From Paramecium tetraurelia (taxonomy: Eukaryota): a stretch of DNA of 64,000 nt. This document shows positions 13,188-28,790 of this stretch, one piece after another (the first letter of the stretch is position 1; each line of letters opens with the position of its first letter). The notes beneath the pieces were generated by a model. It worked only from the letters and a program-made list of their open reading frames with translations, did not search any database and was not told the DNA's origin. Both the position numbers and the translations under genes were made by a program. The stretch covers positions 496,001 through 560,000 of the forward strand of contig CT868540.1 of NCBI GenBank assembly GCA_000165425.1, in the 5' to 3' direction.

Positions 13188-13868
13188 ATGAGTATGAAGC
13201 AAGAGGAAGCAGCCTAAGGTAACATGTTCTGAGATTCTCTAGTACGTAAATCATCCAGATAAAAGAAAATGACCGAGAACTTTAAAGAAATGCTTTAAGA
13301 GATCAAGGAACAAAAACCATCTGCCAAGAAATCAGATTAAAAATAAGACAAGTGCTAATAAAAGAAAGTATAAGAATAAAAGAAAGGTTGACTAGTTCAT
13401 TATTATTTAGTGTATGAGTATGGACATATGACTGATTGGCTTGATTGCATCTATCCACATGATAATGGATAAACATTCGACTTGGAAATATAATTCTGTG
13501 TATTAAAGCCAAAAAAACCAACCATCAAAAAGCCTAAAAAGGAATAATCTGAAGAGGGAGTAACCAGTTTCTATAATATTAGATAATGTCTTTAATTCAA
13601 AACTTATTAACCAATCTTAATCAGAATCCAGAACAAATGAGGAGACAGAGCGAATAGTAAATATAGAAGGTCCAAACAACTAATGATGGTATCGTAGTAT
13701 ACCATCCTTACTTTAAGAAAAGTAAAACATAATCTAATTCTAAAAGTTGAATATCAAAGCAAGAAACCACAGTAGATTGACTAGATTGAACCATCTATTG
13801 AGTTAGACAGTCTAAAATAAAAATTTGAAACTATCAAAAAGACCTTTAGACCATTGATACTTATTTGA
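13188..13868 (+). CDS. Hypothetical protein with two apparent +1 frameshifts
   Basis: MSMKQEEAAQ, two GT..AG introns, YEYGHMTDWLDCIYPHD; coding-like frame switches near 13557 and 13675. Confidence 0.5.
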
Positions 13869-14229
13869 TTCGCAATTAAATATATATGACATATTAATAC
13901 AAATTCTAGTTATTATAAATTCACTTTAAACTAAATTCTAATACATATACATAAGATTGCTGAGTTTATCAGCATCAATTTGCATATTAGATCTACAATA
14001 TTATAATTATTATAATATTTTTTCAAATTTATTAGAATAATTGTATTTAGCTACTTATTTATAAATATATCAATAAAATTAGAAACCTTATAAATCTTAT
14101 TAATAATTTATTATTGTCTGAGTTATAATTCTAAATCAATGATTGCTTTAAAATTCTTTATTTTCATAATATTCTCCAAAGATCAAGCTAAAATTAAAAT
14201 TTAGGATTTGAATTTCTACATTTATTATA

Positions 14230-14830
14230 TTCAAAATTTATTTATATTAAGATTAATTATTAGATGTAAAGATTGCTTATATGCAGCTGTAGCAGAAGTA
14301 GAATGCTGAATTTTTGATATTTAGACTAAATCATCTAATTGTATTAGGAGATTATTTAAAAATGATGAAATCTTTAGAAAATTTAATTTATTCATTTAAT
14401 CACAATTAAATCGCAATTTTATTATCCTGTAATTTTTAATATTGGAATCTAGAATTTAAGAGTTATTCCAAATTTAAGGCAACTCATATCTTCTCAGGGA
14501 TAATTTCTCTTTTTCATCTTCATTATTCGTTTCTTTATGCAAAACTATATTTGTAAGAACTCTAATCCCTTAAAGAAATGGTTGAGACTATTAAACTATA
14601 AAACTTTAGATATAATAAATTTATAATATAATGGTATATCTTGACTAAAGTAACTTTAATATACCTTATTTCTGCTAACATTAAGTTAATGTTGAAGAAC
14701 TTATTCCTCGTATAGTGCTACTTAATTAATTATTAAGTTCACTGTATTTTATAAATTATCCGATTTCAAATCCTGATATATCTAATCACTCAAAAATAAA
14801 AAAATCTATAAACACACATACTTGCTTCAT
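14230..14830 (-). pseudogene. Possible decayed gene
   Basis: Coding-like fragments (e.g. DDLVQISKIQHSTSATAAYKQ) in different frames, interrupted by TGA; no consistent ORF. Confidence 0.25.
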
Positions 14831-14957
14831 TTGCTTATTAATTTCTAAAGAAAAGCGCTTTCTTTTTTTAATTTATTTTTAGGTAGAAATTAGCAATTCT
14901 AAAAGAGTATAAAAAATATTATTAAAAAATAAGTTAAATCAATAAAAAGGTAATTGT

Positions 14958-15949
14958 ATGTATAGAAACTCAAATTTTTCATTTTAAGAACCAAAACCGA
15001 AAGAAATAGATTTTCAAGCTGTAGATAGGCTCCTAGAGTACACAAAACAAACTCATTAAAATTCTTAGAGACAGATTAAATAGCCAGATTATGAAGAAAA
15101 AGAAAAATATAGAAATATTCGACCTAATTCGTTAACTTAAAGAATATCCCTCTATGAAACAAACTAATAATAATCTAGAAGGGAAAGGTTATCTTTTTAA
15201 GATATTGACTTTTGTAAAATAGTTATGTTTTTAATGGCTGCTGAGATTGAGAGGTTAAGGGAATAATTAGAAGAAAATATAAATTAAGAATAAATCAGAA
15301 AAAATTTTGAAGGTATGCAATCCTCAATTAATCAATGGAGACTCAAATTCGAACGAAAGTAATATGCTTATTAATACAAAATAGAGAGGAGGAGTGCGAT
15401 TAATTAAGAGAAGAATTAATGAATTTAAAATAAATAAACAAAGAAAATTATGAAAAAAATGCTTAAGCATTATACTTGCAAATTGAGAAATTGAATAATG
15501 AAATTCAAGAAAGCTAAATCAACTTGAAATCAAAGCAAGATGAAATAAATTCCTTATATCAATAACTCCAATAAAAAAAAGGTTAATTGGACTAAGCTGA
15601 TATCACTATTAAGCAATTGAAAAATGAAGTGTAAAGTTTATAAAACAAAAATGATATTAAATATGACTAATTCATAGATGAACTTAATAATGAAATTGAA
15701 AACCTATAACAAAATTATAGAAAACTCTACAATGATTATTAATAGTATAAACTAGGGCAAAGTTAAATGTATGAATAATAGACTTAGGTGCCCTATTCGA
15801 GAATTCAAAGTTAATAATAATACATTCTCCAGGAGAATTAAGAAATAAATATGCTGAATTAGATGATATAATAACTGTAAAATGAAAATGCGAAACTGAA
15901 AGATGACTTATTTAAATAATCCAGGAGAACGGAAACTTGGTGTTGTTGA
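14958..15949 (+). CDS. Coiled-coil protein ending in a di-Cys motif (RRTETWCC*)
   Basis: MYRNSNFSFQEPK...FLMAAEIERLRE..., one 26-nt intron near 15359-15384, TGT TGT TGA at the end. Confidence 0.75.
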
Positions 15950-16066
15950 TAAATCGTATTACTTTTTCGTATTTATTGATATATAAACCTTTTATTTTTA
16001 AAATATAGCATGATTTTGTGATCTCTAGAATTTTGAACTTTTAAACATTAATTATTACATTTTGTT

Positions 16067-16443
16067 ATGAGTTTTGTTTCAAAGAAACCTCTGTAAGCTC
16101 GTAAAATCGTATGCCAATACTACCCTCCTGCTCTAGGTTTAGTTTATAAGTAAGAATGTTGAACTAAAGAAGACAACCAGACAATAAAACTAAAATGTAT
16201 AAGATATAATTTAATGAGATGGTTCAAATCAACGATGCAGAAAAAATTACATCTTTTATATTTGATTAGCATTCATTATATTTTAATGAGTAGAATGTTC
16301 CTTATTAACAAATACTTGAAAATGTACAACTCATTCTATCAAATTAAAAACTTATGAAATCAAGTTCTTTGTCTTTTAAGAAGAAACAATCGCCATTTAC
16401 ATATGATTAACCTTTTTCTGATGAAGATATCGACCTTACTTGA
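16067..16443 (+). CDS. CEP19-like centriolar/ciliary protein
   Basis: ARKIVCQYYPPALGLVYK, 20-nt intron, RQPDNKTKMYKI...AEKIT...HSLYF...VPYQQI; resembles the CEP19 N-terminal domain (PPAIILIY...H..YL..VS..QL). Confidence 0.6.
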
Positions 16444-16640
16444 AGTTAATATTTTATATAAACAAAATTTTATTAGAGATAATATGTTTATTTTAAAATA
16501 CATCAGTTTCATTTATGCGATTGACATTTAGATTAAATACCATGTTTGCAAAGCTCATTAGATTTGGTAGGAAGTTTTAATAATTGAATAAAATTATTAT
16601 AAGTTGTAAACATATAATAAGAATGATAAATATGTGTCAC

Positions 16641-17042
16641 TCATTTTTTTTTCATTTTTTCTGCTAATTCTTTTTTTTACATCTCTGCTTTTGCTTTCTA
16701 GTGAGAATTAATAATTAAATTACCATTTATTCTGTACTCAAACCTTTTCCAATCTCTCTCAATCTATCAGCTGTATATTTATAACTATCTTCCTCTTTTA
16801 ATCTTTTATCTATTATCTCAGCAAAAATAACTTAGAATGCTTCTGATATGCCTGTTTGTTGTAAAAATTTCTTAAATTAATCCATCTTAAAATGATATTA
16901 AGCATCATACTTATAATTATTTCTATTCCTCAGTTAATTACTGTGCTTAACTTTTATTATTTAAAACTTTTGAATCATTTTCTTTAATCAAAGAATTATT
17001 AGTTTAGGCATTGTCTTACATTATTGGATTTTTATTGCTCAT
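16641..17042 (-). CDS. Small hypothetical protein
   Basis: MSNKNPIMQ..., two introns, MDQFKKFLQQTGISEAFQVIFAEIIDKRL...RLREIGK; ends EKMKKK*. Confidence 0.65.
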
Positions 17043-17079
17043 TATATAAATAATATTAATGATAAAATAATTTCTCTCT

Positions 17080-18867
<1,788 letters not shown>

Positions 18868-18930
18868 TATAAAAAAATAAGTGTTTTTTCTGCAAAAATA
18901 AATAAAAACTTTACTTTTAATTAATCAAAT

Positions 18931-18939
18931 AAAAAAAAA
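18931..18939 (-). terminator. RNA polymerase III oligo(T) terminator of tRNA-Thr
   Basis: T9 run on the minus strand directly 3' of the tRNA acceptor stem (its first T may be the discriminator base). Confidence 0.75.
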
Positions 18940-19011
18940 GCCCCCTGACGGGGTCGAACCGTCGATCTTCTCCTTACTAGGGAGATGCCTTAACCACTTG
19001 GCCAAGAGGGC
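18940..19011 (-). tRNA. tRNA-Thr (anticodon AGT)
   Basis: GCCCTCT...AGGGGGC acceptor stem; TGGCCAAGTGGTTAAGGC D-arm/A-box; TCTCC-CT-AGT-AA-GGAGA anticodon arm; GACGG-TTCGACC-CCGTC T-arm. Confidence 0.95.
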
Positions 19012-21394
19012 AACCTATTCATTCACCTCAATATAGTCTATTAATTTACATAGTCTAAATATTAGTGATTCCTTTTAATAATATATGAAGTGTTAATTAT
19101 ATAGAATTTTCATATAGAAATTTTATCAAATATATCTTTGCTTTGTTACTTATCAATTTTTTTAGTTTAATTAGTTACAAGATATTATATTAAGCAAGTA
19201 ATTTTACTAGAGATTAAGTATTTATATATAAATATAATCATCATCAATTAATATCTAAACCTTTATTAAACAACCAAACAATATATTTTAAATCGGTTAT
19301 TGATATTAATTTGATACATTTGTTTGATTTATTATTTGCAATTTTACAAAAATTGGGAGTGAGTCAAAATAACGGAGCTTATCATCTAGATTAATAAATA
19401 GGATGTAAATTTAGGTAATATACAAGCAATGACATTCAAAACCAACCATAGTTTAGATTATTATTATATAAGTTTGATATTAATTATATTCAGCAGGTTT
19501 AATGAAGTTTTAAGGATGAATTCTAATTTTACTTTTCTTTACTCAAATTACGAAATGGTAATAATTTATTTTTTTCAAATATAATTTAATTAAAAACACC
19601 TGTAATAATATAAAAATTGTGAAAGGCTAATTATATTTTTGATTAAATGAGTAATTTTCAAAAAAATTAGAGATTAACATTAAATAGAGGTTTATTACAA
19701 AGCGTTATTAATTTTTTATTTTTATAATAAATAGTAAGGAATTTGGAGACATTTGTACTTATTCTAGCTTTGATATTTGAATAAGATTACATATATACTT
19801 GAATAACTGATTGGCTAAGAAAAAATTAATTTTAAGCTCAATTATTTCTATGTTATTAATAAAGGAATATTAAATTAATTTATAATTCGTTTCCAGCCAT
19901 CCATCGTTAATTTAATATGAAAGGGACTAATAGAAGTGTACTCTAAAAAAAGTCAAATCATTCTACATAATTTACTTTTGGGAATGATTATTCTTTACTA
20001 AAACAAAATAGATGTTTCAAATGATCATGATAACAAGAAAATTTTATTCAGTAAAAAGTAAATTTGATAAAACATCTTTAAGGCCTTAGTTTCATATTTA
20101 ACATTCAAACCTGAACAAATAGCTTTTGGTAACAAAACAATCTGTTACCTCATAATTAGTAAAAATAATAGTTGAATAATCGCTTCCGTAAATCTAAAAA
20201 TTAGTTTCTTTTGGAATTTCTTTCAAATACTAAGGGCTCATTACTAATTTAGAACAAAATTAGATTAAGTTTCATCGCAAATTAGGAAACTGTTAAAAAA
20301 TAAAAAAACATATTTTATTCTAAGTTATATATTCAACTTTATAGACTTTTTATAATAGCTAAATGCTATTCAATTAAAATTTATTTTGTTTCTTGTATTT
20401 ATTGATCAATCTAATTATTTTACTTGATGAAAATGGAGTCTAATAATTAAGAATCGAGTTGACAATTTTTTGTATTATCCTATTTCTAAATATTTTTGCA
20501 GAATGAATTAACTTCTTTGAATTATTATTAAATTTGTGTAAAAGATTTGCAATTTTGTTCTGATTGCAAATTTCGACATTTCTTTACAATGCATTTAGAT
20601 GCATTTTCTAAGCTACATGTTATGTTGGATGATTAAAACTCAGTATCATCCAGATATACCTCAGAACGGATGTCTTTAAAATTATATTAATTATGAGGGT
20701 AATGACCTCCTTACATAATTTCGATGTGGAGAAAATCTGAGCCGATTTATAATTCTATCTTGCCACTTTATTTACAGATCTATAACAAAGAGATTGATCG
20801 CTTTAAAAAAAACTTACGATTTCTCTTTTCTTTCTTTTAATAAAATTCCTCATCAATCTCAACAGCTTGATTTTTTTAACTTAGTTTACTATCTAGAAAT
20901 TTAGCATTTTTTAAGGTATAATCATTCTTGCTTTATTCAGAATATGTGGAATTTATATTCATATATTTTAATAATCTGATGCAAAATTATAAAGATTTAA
21001 TTTTATAGTCTTCACTTGTGAATAATAATAAAGAATAAAATAATTCTTCTTATTATTTAAACGTATTGGATTATGCGGTTTCCAACACTTGACAAATAAA
21101 AATTAGAATTTTTACAAAATTCATTATAAATTATAATTTAAATATAAACAAGATAAAAGTCTGTAAAAATATTCAATCAGAATATTAGAATTTTCAAGAA
21201 GTTAATTTTTTAAAATAGGAGCAAAAATGATTATATGTACATTTATTTAATTGCAACAGTCTATGTTATGGAGTTTGAAATTGATTTTTTAAATATATGA
21301 AAATGTAATTTAGAGAAATTATTTTTAGAAATTATTATAATTATTCTAATTTAATTATATTTTACTTATATCTTGTAATAAAACAATATAAAAA

Positions 21395-21962
21395 TCATGT
21401 TAAATTCATTAGCTAATGCTAAGTGCTGAGTATGGTCTTGAATTTAGATAATTACTAATCAAATGATAGATATATTTAGGGTAATTAGAGTTTAAAGCAT
21501 TATTGATATTTAAGGTAACTATTTTAAGATTTCATTATTTCTTTCAATAATTAATGTGATAAATCAGAGAGGACATCATTGACAATTGTTTAATTATTAC
21601 ATTATTATTAATTAGTCTGCAAAATAGTGTGACTAGAATTTATGATTTTAATTTTCCCAGAATTGACATCCACTATTATTCTAGAATTATTTTCAATAAT
21701 TGATCGACATTTTTTTTTCTGCTTTGAGAAAAAATTATCTTTGTCGCTTAGATAATTTCTTACAATATGTTTGGCTGAAGAATATTTGATTTTATGCAAT
21801 ATCGCTGCCTAAACAATATAATAAATTAAAAACTTAATATATAGGCAGACGATCAATTACTACACTATTTATCAGACCTAGTTTAAATTGAGGATCAATG
21901 AAATTTCTCTTTTTTTTTTTCTAAAGCGGAGTCTCAGGTTCAATAATTTTTGCTTTAACCAT
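21395..21962 (-). CDS. Helix-turn-helix DNA-binding protein (ciliate family resembling the Tc1/IS630 N-terminal HTH)
   Basis: KKKKRNFIDPQFKLGLINSVVIDRLPIYQ, 24-nt intron, AAILHKIKYSSAKHIVRNY; no DDE domain follows. Confidence 0.7.
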
Positions 21963-22234
21963 TTTTTAAAAAGAAATTACAAGATTTAATATAAAACTTT
22001 AGTATATTTTATAATTTCAATATCAAATTTTCATTTCATTGGTTCATTTTAATTTCATATAATTAATATAATCCCTTTTATAATGATCAATTTCGTTTAA
22101 TAAATGGAAGTTTCTCTGCTTTTACAACATATTATCTCAATCAAATTCAAAGAATAATTAGCAACGAAATATTTTGTCATACATTATATATTTGATTCAT
22201 TCGAAAATTAATTATAGATTTTTATTAATTAATT

Positions 22235-24318
22235 ATGAACAATAAATCATATAGACAAGATGAAAGCCTCGTTGAACCTGATTTAACTTAAGTATAATAG
22301 ATTGATCAGGATCCTTTTTTATAGGAAGAAATTCTTCCTTCAGAAAATTAGGAGATAGATGTATTAGAAGAAACATAAAATATTACCTTCAACTTTACTA
22401 ATATCAAGACTTTTATGATTGAAATCCCAGATTTTGCAAAATTGTTCTCTTTATAACGATATTACTATTAAGAATTAAAATAATTTCTTACAAGTTTAGA
22501 ATTGAATTTTCAGATTGTAAAAGAAGGGCTGAAAATTCAAACAGAGGTAGAAGATGAGCATCACGAGGGGATATAAAATGAAATAAATAAATATCTTAAA
22601 ATAATATACACAAAAAAATTAGCTTTGGATTATGATAGTTCGCGTACATTTTTTCGGTCTAATTATATTTAGAAAGAGTGTTAACAATAATAGTATTTTA
22701 TTGTTAAATAAAAAAATTATGATTAAAAAATAGAAATTCATTTGGTAAGCAAAAATGAGAGTATTGGTGTTGTTGCTTCAAATTTGGAATAAAAATTAAA
22801 AGGCTTAAGAATATTTTTCTAAGATGTTGTTAATCATATGACTACTCCAAAAGTTAATATAGATCACAAAACCTTACTTGGAACTTTAAGGCAGGTTTAT
22901 TTTCAAAAAATTATCTCTGATGATCTTGAGAAATAGCTTCCAAATATAGAATTCGTCGATGTCATTGACAAAAAAAAGACATTCAGTTCTGCCATACTTG
23001 GACTTCATTTTCCTTTTGATTTATAAGGAAAATCCTTACTATGTTAAGAGATTTTTTAGTATATTAAAAAAAGAATTGAATCTCTATTAGTAATATTCAT
23101 ATCATTTGAAATACAAGTGGATTATTTGAATTAGGCTAGAAAAATTGAAAATCAAATCAATAATTTTAAATAGGAAACTCGCTTTTTATGTGTTTGCCAA
23201 GTTGATTAATCTCTAAAAGTTATTGCAATTTTGGGTACTCCTGAAAGCATTAAAATAATTTTTAATGAATAATTAAAACAGAGGGAGAAAGAATTTAGCA
23301 AAGAATTTTTTAAAACCTTCAAAGTAAATATTTTATAGAAGAATTTTGATTTTAATTCAACATAATAGATGTATTCTTTTTAAATTATATTAGGGGCACA
23401 TTTTAATCTCAAATCGTTGAGTTCGTAAAGAAAAAAAAGGAGATAGAAATATTAAGTTAAGAATAACTGTACTCACTGAAGTTCATTACTAAAGTCTCAT
23501 TCGAATCATATTGTACATATTTTAATCAATTAGGCAACTTAATCACTTTTATCTGTGATAAGAAAATTGGATAAGCCACTGAAAAAGCATTGAGCGAGGA
23601 TTTAAAAAAAATCAATTCTAAAATAAAAGACTTCAATCTTAATGGAAAATTTTTTACATAATTGGAAAAAATTCCTGATCGAATTAAAAATATGAATATA
23701 GCAGTCTAGTAGAACCAAGAGTAGGCGAGGAATCAAAATCAGAATTAGAAACAACAATAAAAAGTAATTGAAAAACCGATTCCTTAATAAAACCTCCCTT
23801 AAGTTCAAAATCCTATTATTTAATAAAATTAAAAACAATAACAAATTATTAAAATTACAGACTCTAAGGATGAATAGTAAGAGTAGTTAGTTGATTTGTT
23901 TGTGGGTAAACATTAACATTATGAAAATGTGAAAGAAGAAAAAATAGTTTTTAAGGATTTTATTGTTTAAGAAATTTTAGATGGAAATGGTAAAATTAAA
24001 ATTAGCGAAGAATATGATAAACATTTTAAAAAATTGACAAATAACAATTAGAACGTAGAAGTTGGTCACATTTCCATAACAGAAAAGCACCTTATGTCAT
24101 TAAAAGCCTTTGATAAGGAAATAAAAATATATCCAAAAGTTAACTATATTTAACGCCAACTTGATGAAATAATTCTTTTAGTTTGGGTTAATGGAAATGC
24201 TGACAAAAATAAGGATGCTGAAAATATGGAAATTTTTGGACAAATAAACAAATAAGATGAATTTTATATGGTGAATTAAGATAACTAAATTCTTCCTATT
24301 CACAAAATTTAGAAGTGA
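22235..24318 (+). CDS. Hypothetical protein; possible KH-like repeats and degenerate C-terminal PARP-like domain
   Basis: Long open frame with one intron near 23371-23393; C-terminus ...KIYPK...IILLVWVNGN...EFYMVNQDNQILPIHKIQK*. Confidence 0.7.
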
Positions 24319-24808
24319 TATTATAATAAAGTAGAATATATTTTTTTAATATTGCTAGTAGAACTTATAGAATTTTTATACATAAACCTAAATTAAAAAC
24401 CCAATAACATTCTTATTATTAAGTTAAATTTTCTGTTTAAAACCAATTAAAATGCTTGAGTTTTTCGCAACATTGACTTATCTTTGGGCTTTTCTCACCA
24501 GGAATATATATTGTCTTATAGTTAGCAATCCTAAATCAAGTTTAGAAGATTGGCTTCTGTCCTCGATATTTTACACGTGTTTAATAAATGTAATTATAAT
24601 CTCAAAAAATACCATTCTTCAATTATTTCTAATTGAAAACTTAGGATTTTGTTGTAATTCATATTTCAGTTGTTTGGACTCCAAAAAAGACCCTTTAGAA
24701 TGGCTTTACCTATATCATTTAATCTTATTTTAGTTATTTATATTAAAAAGATTTGGTAAATTTTGGGTAGGAAGAATAATTTAATACTAAAATATTTGGA
24801 TGTCGATA

Positions 24809-25468
24809 TCATGATTTATATGATATGTTATATGTTCCATTTTCATTCTATTCTAATTTAAAATTTTCTGAATTTAGTCCTAATTTTCCTAATACTGAAT
24901 TTCCCATATTCTTCATTCCCTTCAATCCCTTCACTGCCTCAAAGTTTCTTCTTTCGTCCAATTCTTGAACTTTAAGATCTAAATCAATGAACTTTTTTAT
25001 TATCACATTATCCTATGGTTATAATACCTTTAACTTCTTATAATCTAGAATATTCTTTAATCTAATACCTTCTAATGCGTCTTCCAGTTTATTTAATTTC
25101 TCATAACTTTCTGCTCTATTTATTAAAGCCTTAACAAATTCAGGGTTAAATGTGAGTGCTTTTGTGCAATAATCAATGGCAATATCATAATCAGATTATT
25201 TCATATAGCAGATAGCTATATTTGAGTTTAATATGCATAGCATTTATAGATCATCCAAAGGACAATAATCAATAGCTTCCTTGTAGAGATCTGAAGCTTC
25301 TTCGAATTTTTATTCGGTAAAAAATGTCCCTGCCTTGTTTTTTATTTCTAAGCATTTCTCTTTTTCTTTTTGAATTAATTTCACTTACTCTTACTATTTT
25401 TGAACTTCTGGTTTTTCATTTTGAGCATTATTCTTATTCTATTATTGATTGGTCTATTAAGGATCCAT
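24809..25468 (-). CDS. TTC1: TPR protein, TTC1-like
   Basis: KNKAGTFFTEQKFEEASDLYKEAI, NSNIAICYMK, ALINRAESYEKL; C-terminal MKNMGNSVLGKLGLNSENFKLEQNENGTYNISY is typical of TTC1. Confidence 0.85.
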
Positions 25469-25557
25469 TTTATAATAAATTAATTATTAATCTTATTTAA
25501 ATATGAAGAAGGGATATTAATTTTGATCAATAAATTGTATGTAAAATATAGACTATC

Positions 25558-27146
<1,589 letters not shown>

Positions 27147-27511
27147 TTAATTAAAAAATTAATATATATCTTGCCATAATTATTAGATAAAATCTAACAA
27201 TAATTATATTTCCGAGTAGCAACAAATATTAAATGTAAAAAACGCATAAGTAAATCAACATATTCCTAATTGAATCATAAGATCAATTGAAAATCTTAGA
27301 CCCAAAATAAATCAAAATTCTATGATTCAAATTGAATTTAAATATAGTTAACAAAAACTTTAAGAATAACTAAAAATAATCTCAAATTCTTTTTGGCAAT
27401 TCAAATGCATTCTTATGTTTTGTGTTATTTAAATGGATTAGAACAGTTTGGTATATCAAATAATTAGACTAAAATAAGAAATCATTATTTATAATTTTAA
27501 ATGGAAACATA

Positions 27512-28740
27512 TCAATGTAGTAAATGTTTTCTAACTCTTTCTTCATATTCTTCAACAATTCTATTATGATATCTCTCATAGTAGAGAACAGCATACCAAA
27601 TTTTGAGATTTTCAAAAACTTATTCTTTATATATGAAATCTATGTAGTCTCTTTTAAATTGCTTTTTTGAGCTAAAATCATATAAGTAAAATTACTATTC
27701 AAAATGTTATTCAGGATTCTCTTTCTACATTACTAATGCTGGAATTCCTCTTTCCCTTGCAAATTGCCTAATACTGTCAAAATTATTATCCCCAAATCCA
27801 TTTAATCTAAATGCTTTGTCTTGTCTTTCCATCTTGATATTTAATGATTCATTATACTTTTTTGAGATGAGATTTGATTTACATTAAAAGCAATGCCTTT
27901 TTTAAATCTTCAATTGGAAAAGGGAGGAGGGAATTCCAATTTTTTAAAACACTCTTTAAAGGTCTTCTTTCTGGGTTTCTAGTCAACCAATAGAAGAGAT
28001 TAGTGAAATAGACTGGGAGATTAACAAAAAGTTTAGTGAGTTTCATAATGGTGTAGGTTCCTCTAAAAAACTCCATTCCTAAAAATTTGCTTAACTAAAC
28101 TCTCATAAATTTATATACGTGCACCAATTGTTCTGAATTAAATTCTCTGTAATCCAACTTAGTCATGAAGAGATGAGAGTGCTTTAAAACAAGTTCCTAT
28201 AAACCCTTCGCATTGTAATCTTGATTGTTTCTTATATTTTCAATTGAAGGAATGCGTTGTTTCATCAATTGAAACAGATATCTATATGAATTCATTTGTT
28301 TTCGGTCTCTTGTAATATATCTCTTCGCCAGCTGATCATCAAATAAATAAGTAGTAGGAAATGCATTGGGAAACAAGTACAGATAAGGTGGTAACAGCAA
28401 CTCTGCTCCTGGGACTACGAGAAAGAAGGAGAAAGGAACGAATTTTATTAAGTCTTTTCTAATTCTCGTAATTTCAGACAGCATAAAAGCCGTTTTCTTT
28501 TGTGTGATAGTGTACTTACACATCAATTTAGCATCCACACATTAATCCCAAGTGCCCTAACATATAACTTTAAGCTCATACTTAATAAAGGATCTCCCAA
28601 AATTCATAAAGAAATTTGGTAACTTTGCCTTTTCCCTCAACTTTCTTTTGAAACTTTTCATGATTCAAAACTCCAAAACTGGGTATTTGAGACCTAAAAG
28701 TTTTAGAAAGTAATGGATTTTTCAAATTTCTAAAGATCAT
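27512..28740 (-). CDS. LETM1/MDM38-domain mitochondrial inner-membrane protein
   Basis: Presequence-like N-terminus, 25-nt intron removing a TGA, RIRKDLIKFVPFSFFLVVPGAELLLPPYLYLFPNAFPTTY (LETM1 signature). Confidence 0.85.
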
Positions 28741-28790
28741 TTATTTTATTTGTGTTATTTAATAATCACTCTTATATTATTATAAATTTA

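Noticed and set aside
16150..16170. In-frame TGA as possible selenocysteine in the CEP19-like gene
   Set aside because: It lies inside a canonical 20-nt GTAAG..AAG intron whose removal gives a sensible downstream frame.
24380..24760. Possible gene between the PARP-like and TTC1 genes (track ORF 24452-24733)
   Set aside because: No convincing start, domain or consistent frame on either strand; at most a remnant.
28557..28581. Apparent frameshift or stop in the LETM1-like N-terminus
   Set aside because: Resolved by a 25-nt GTATG..TTAG intron.
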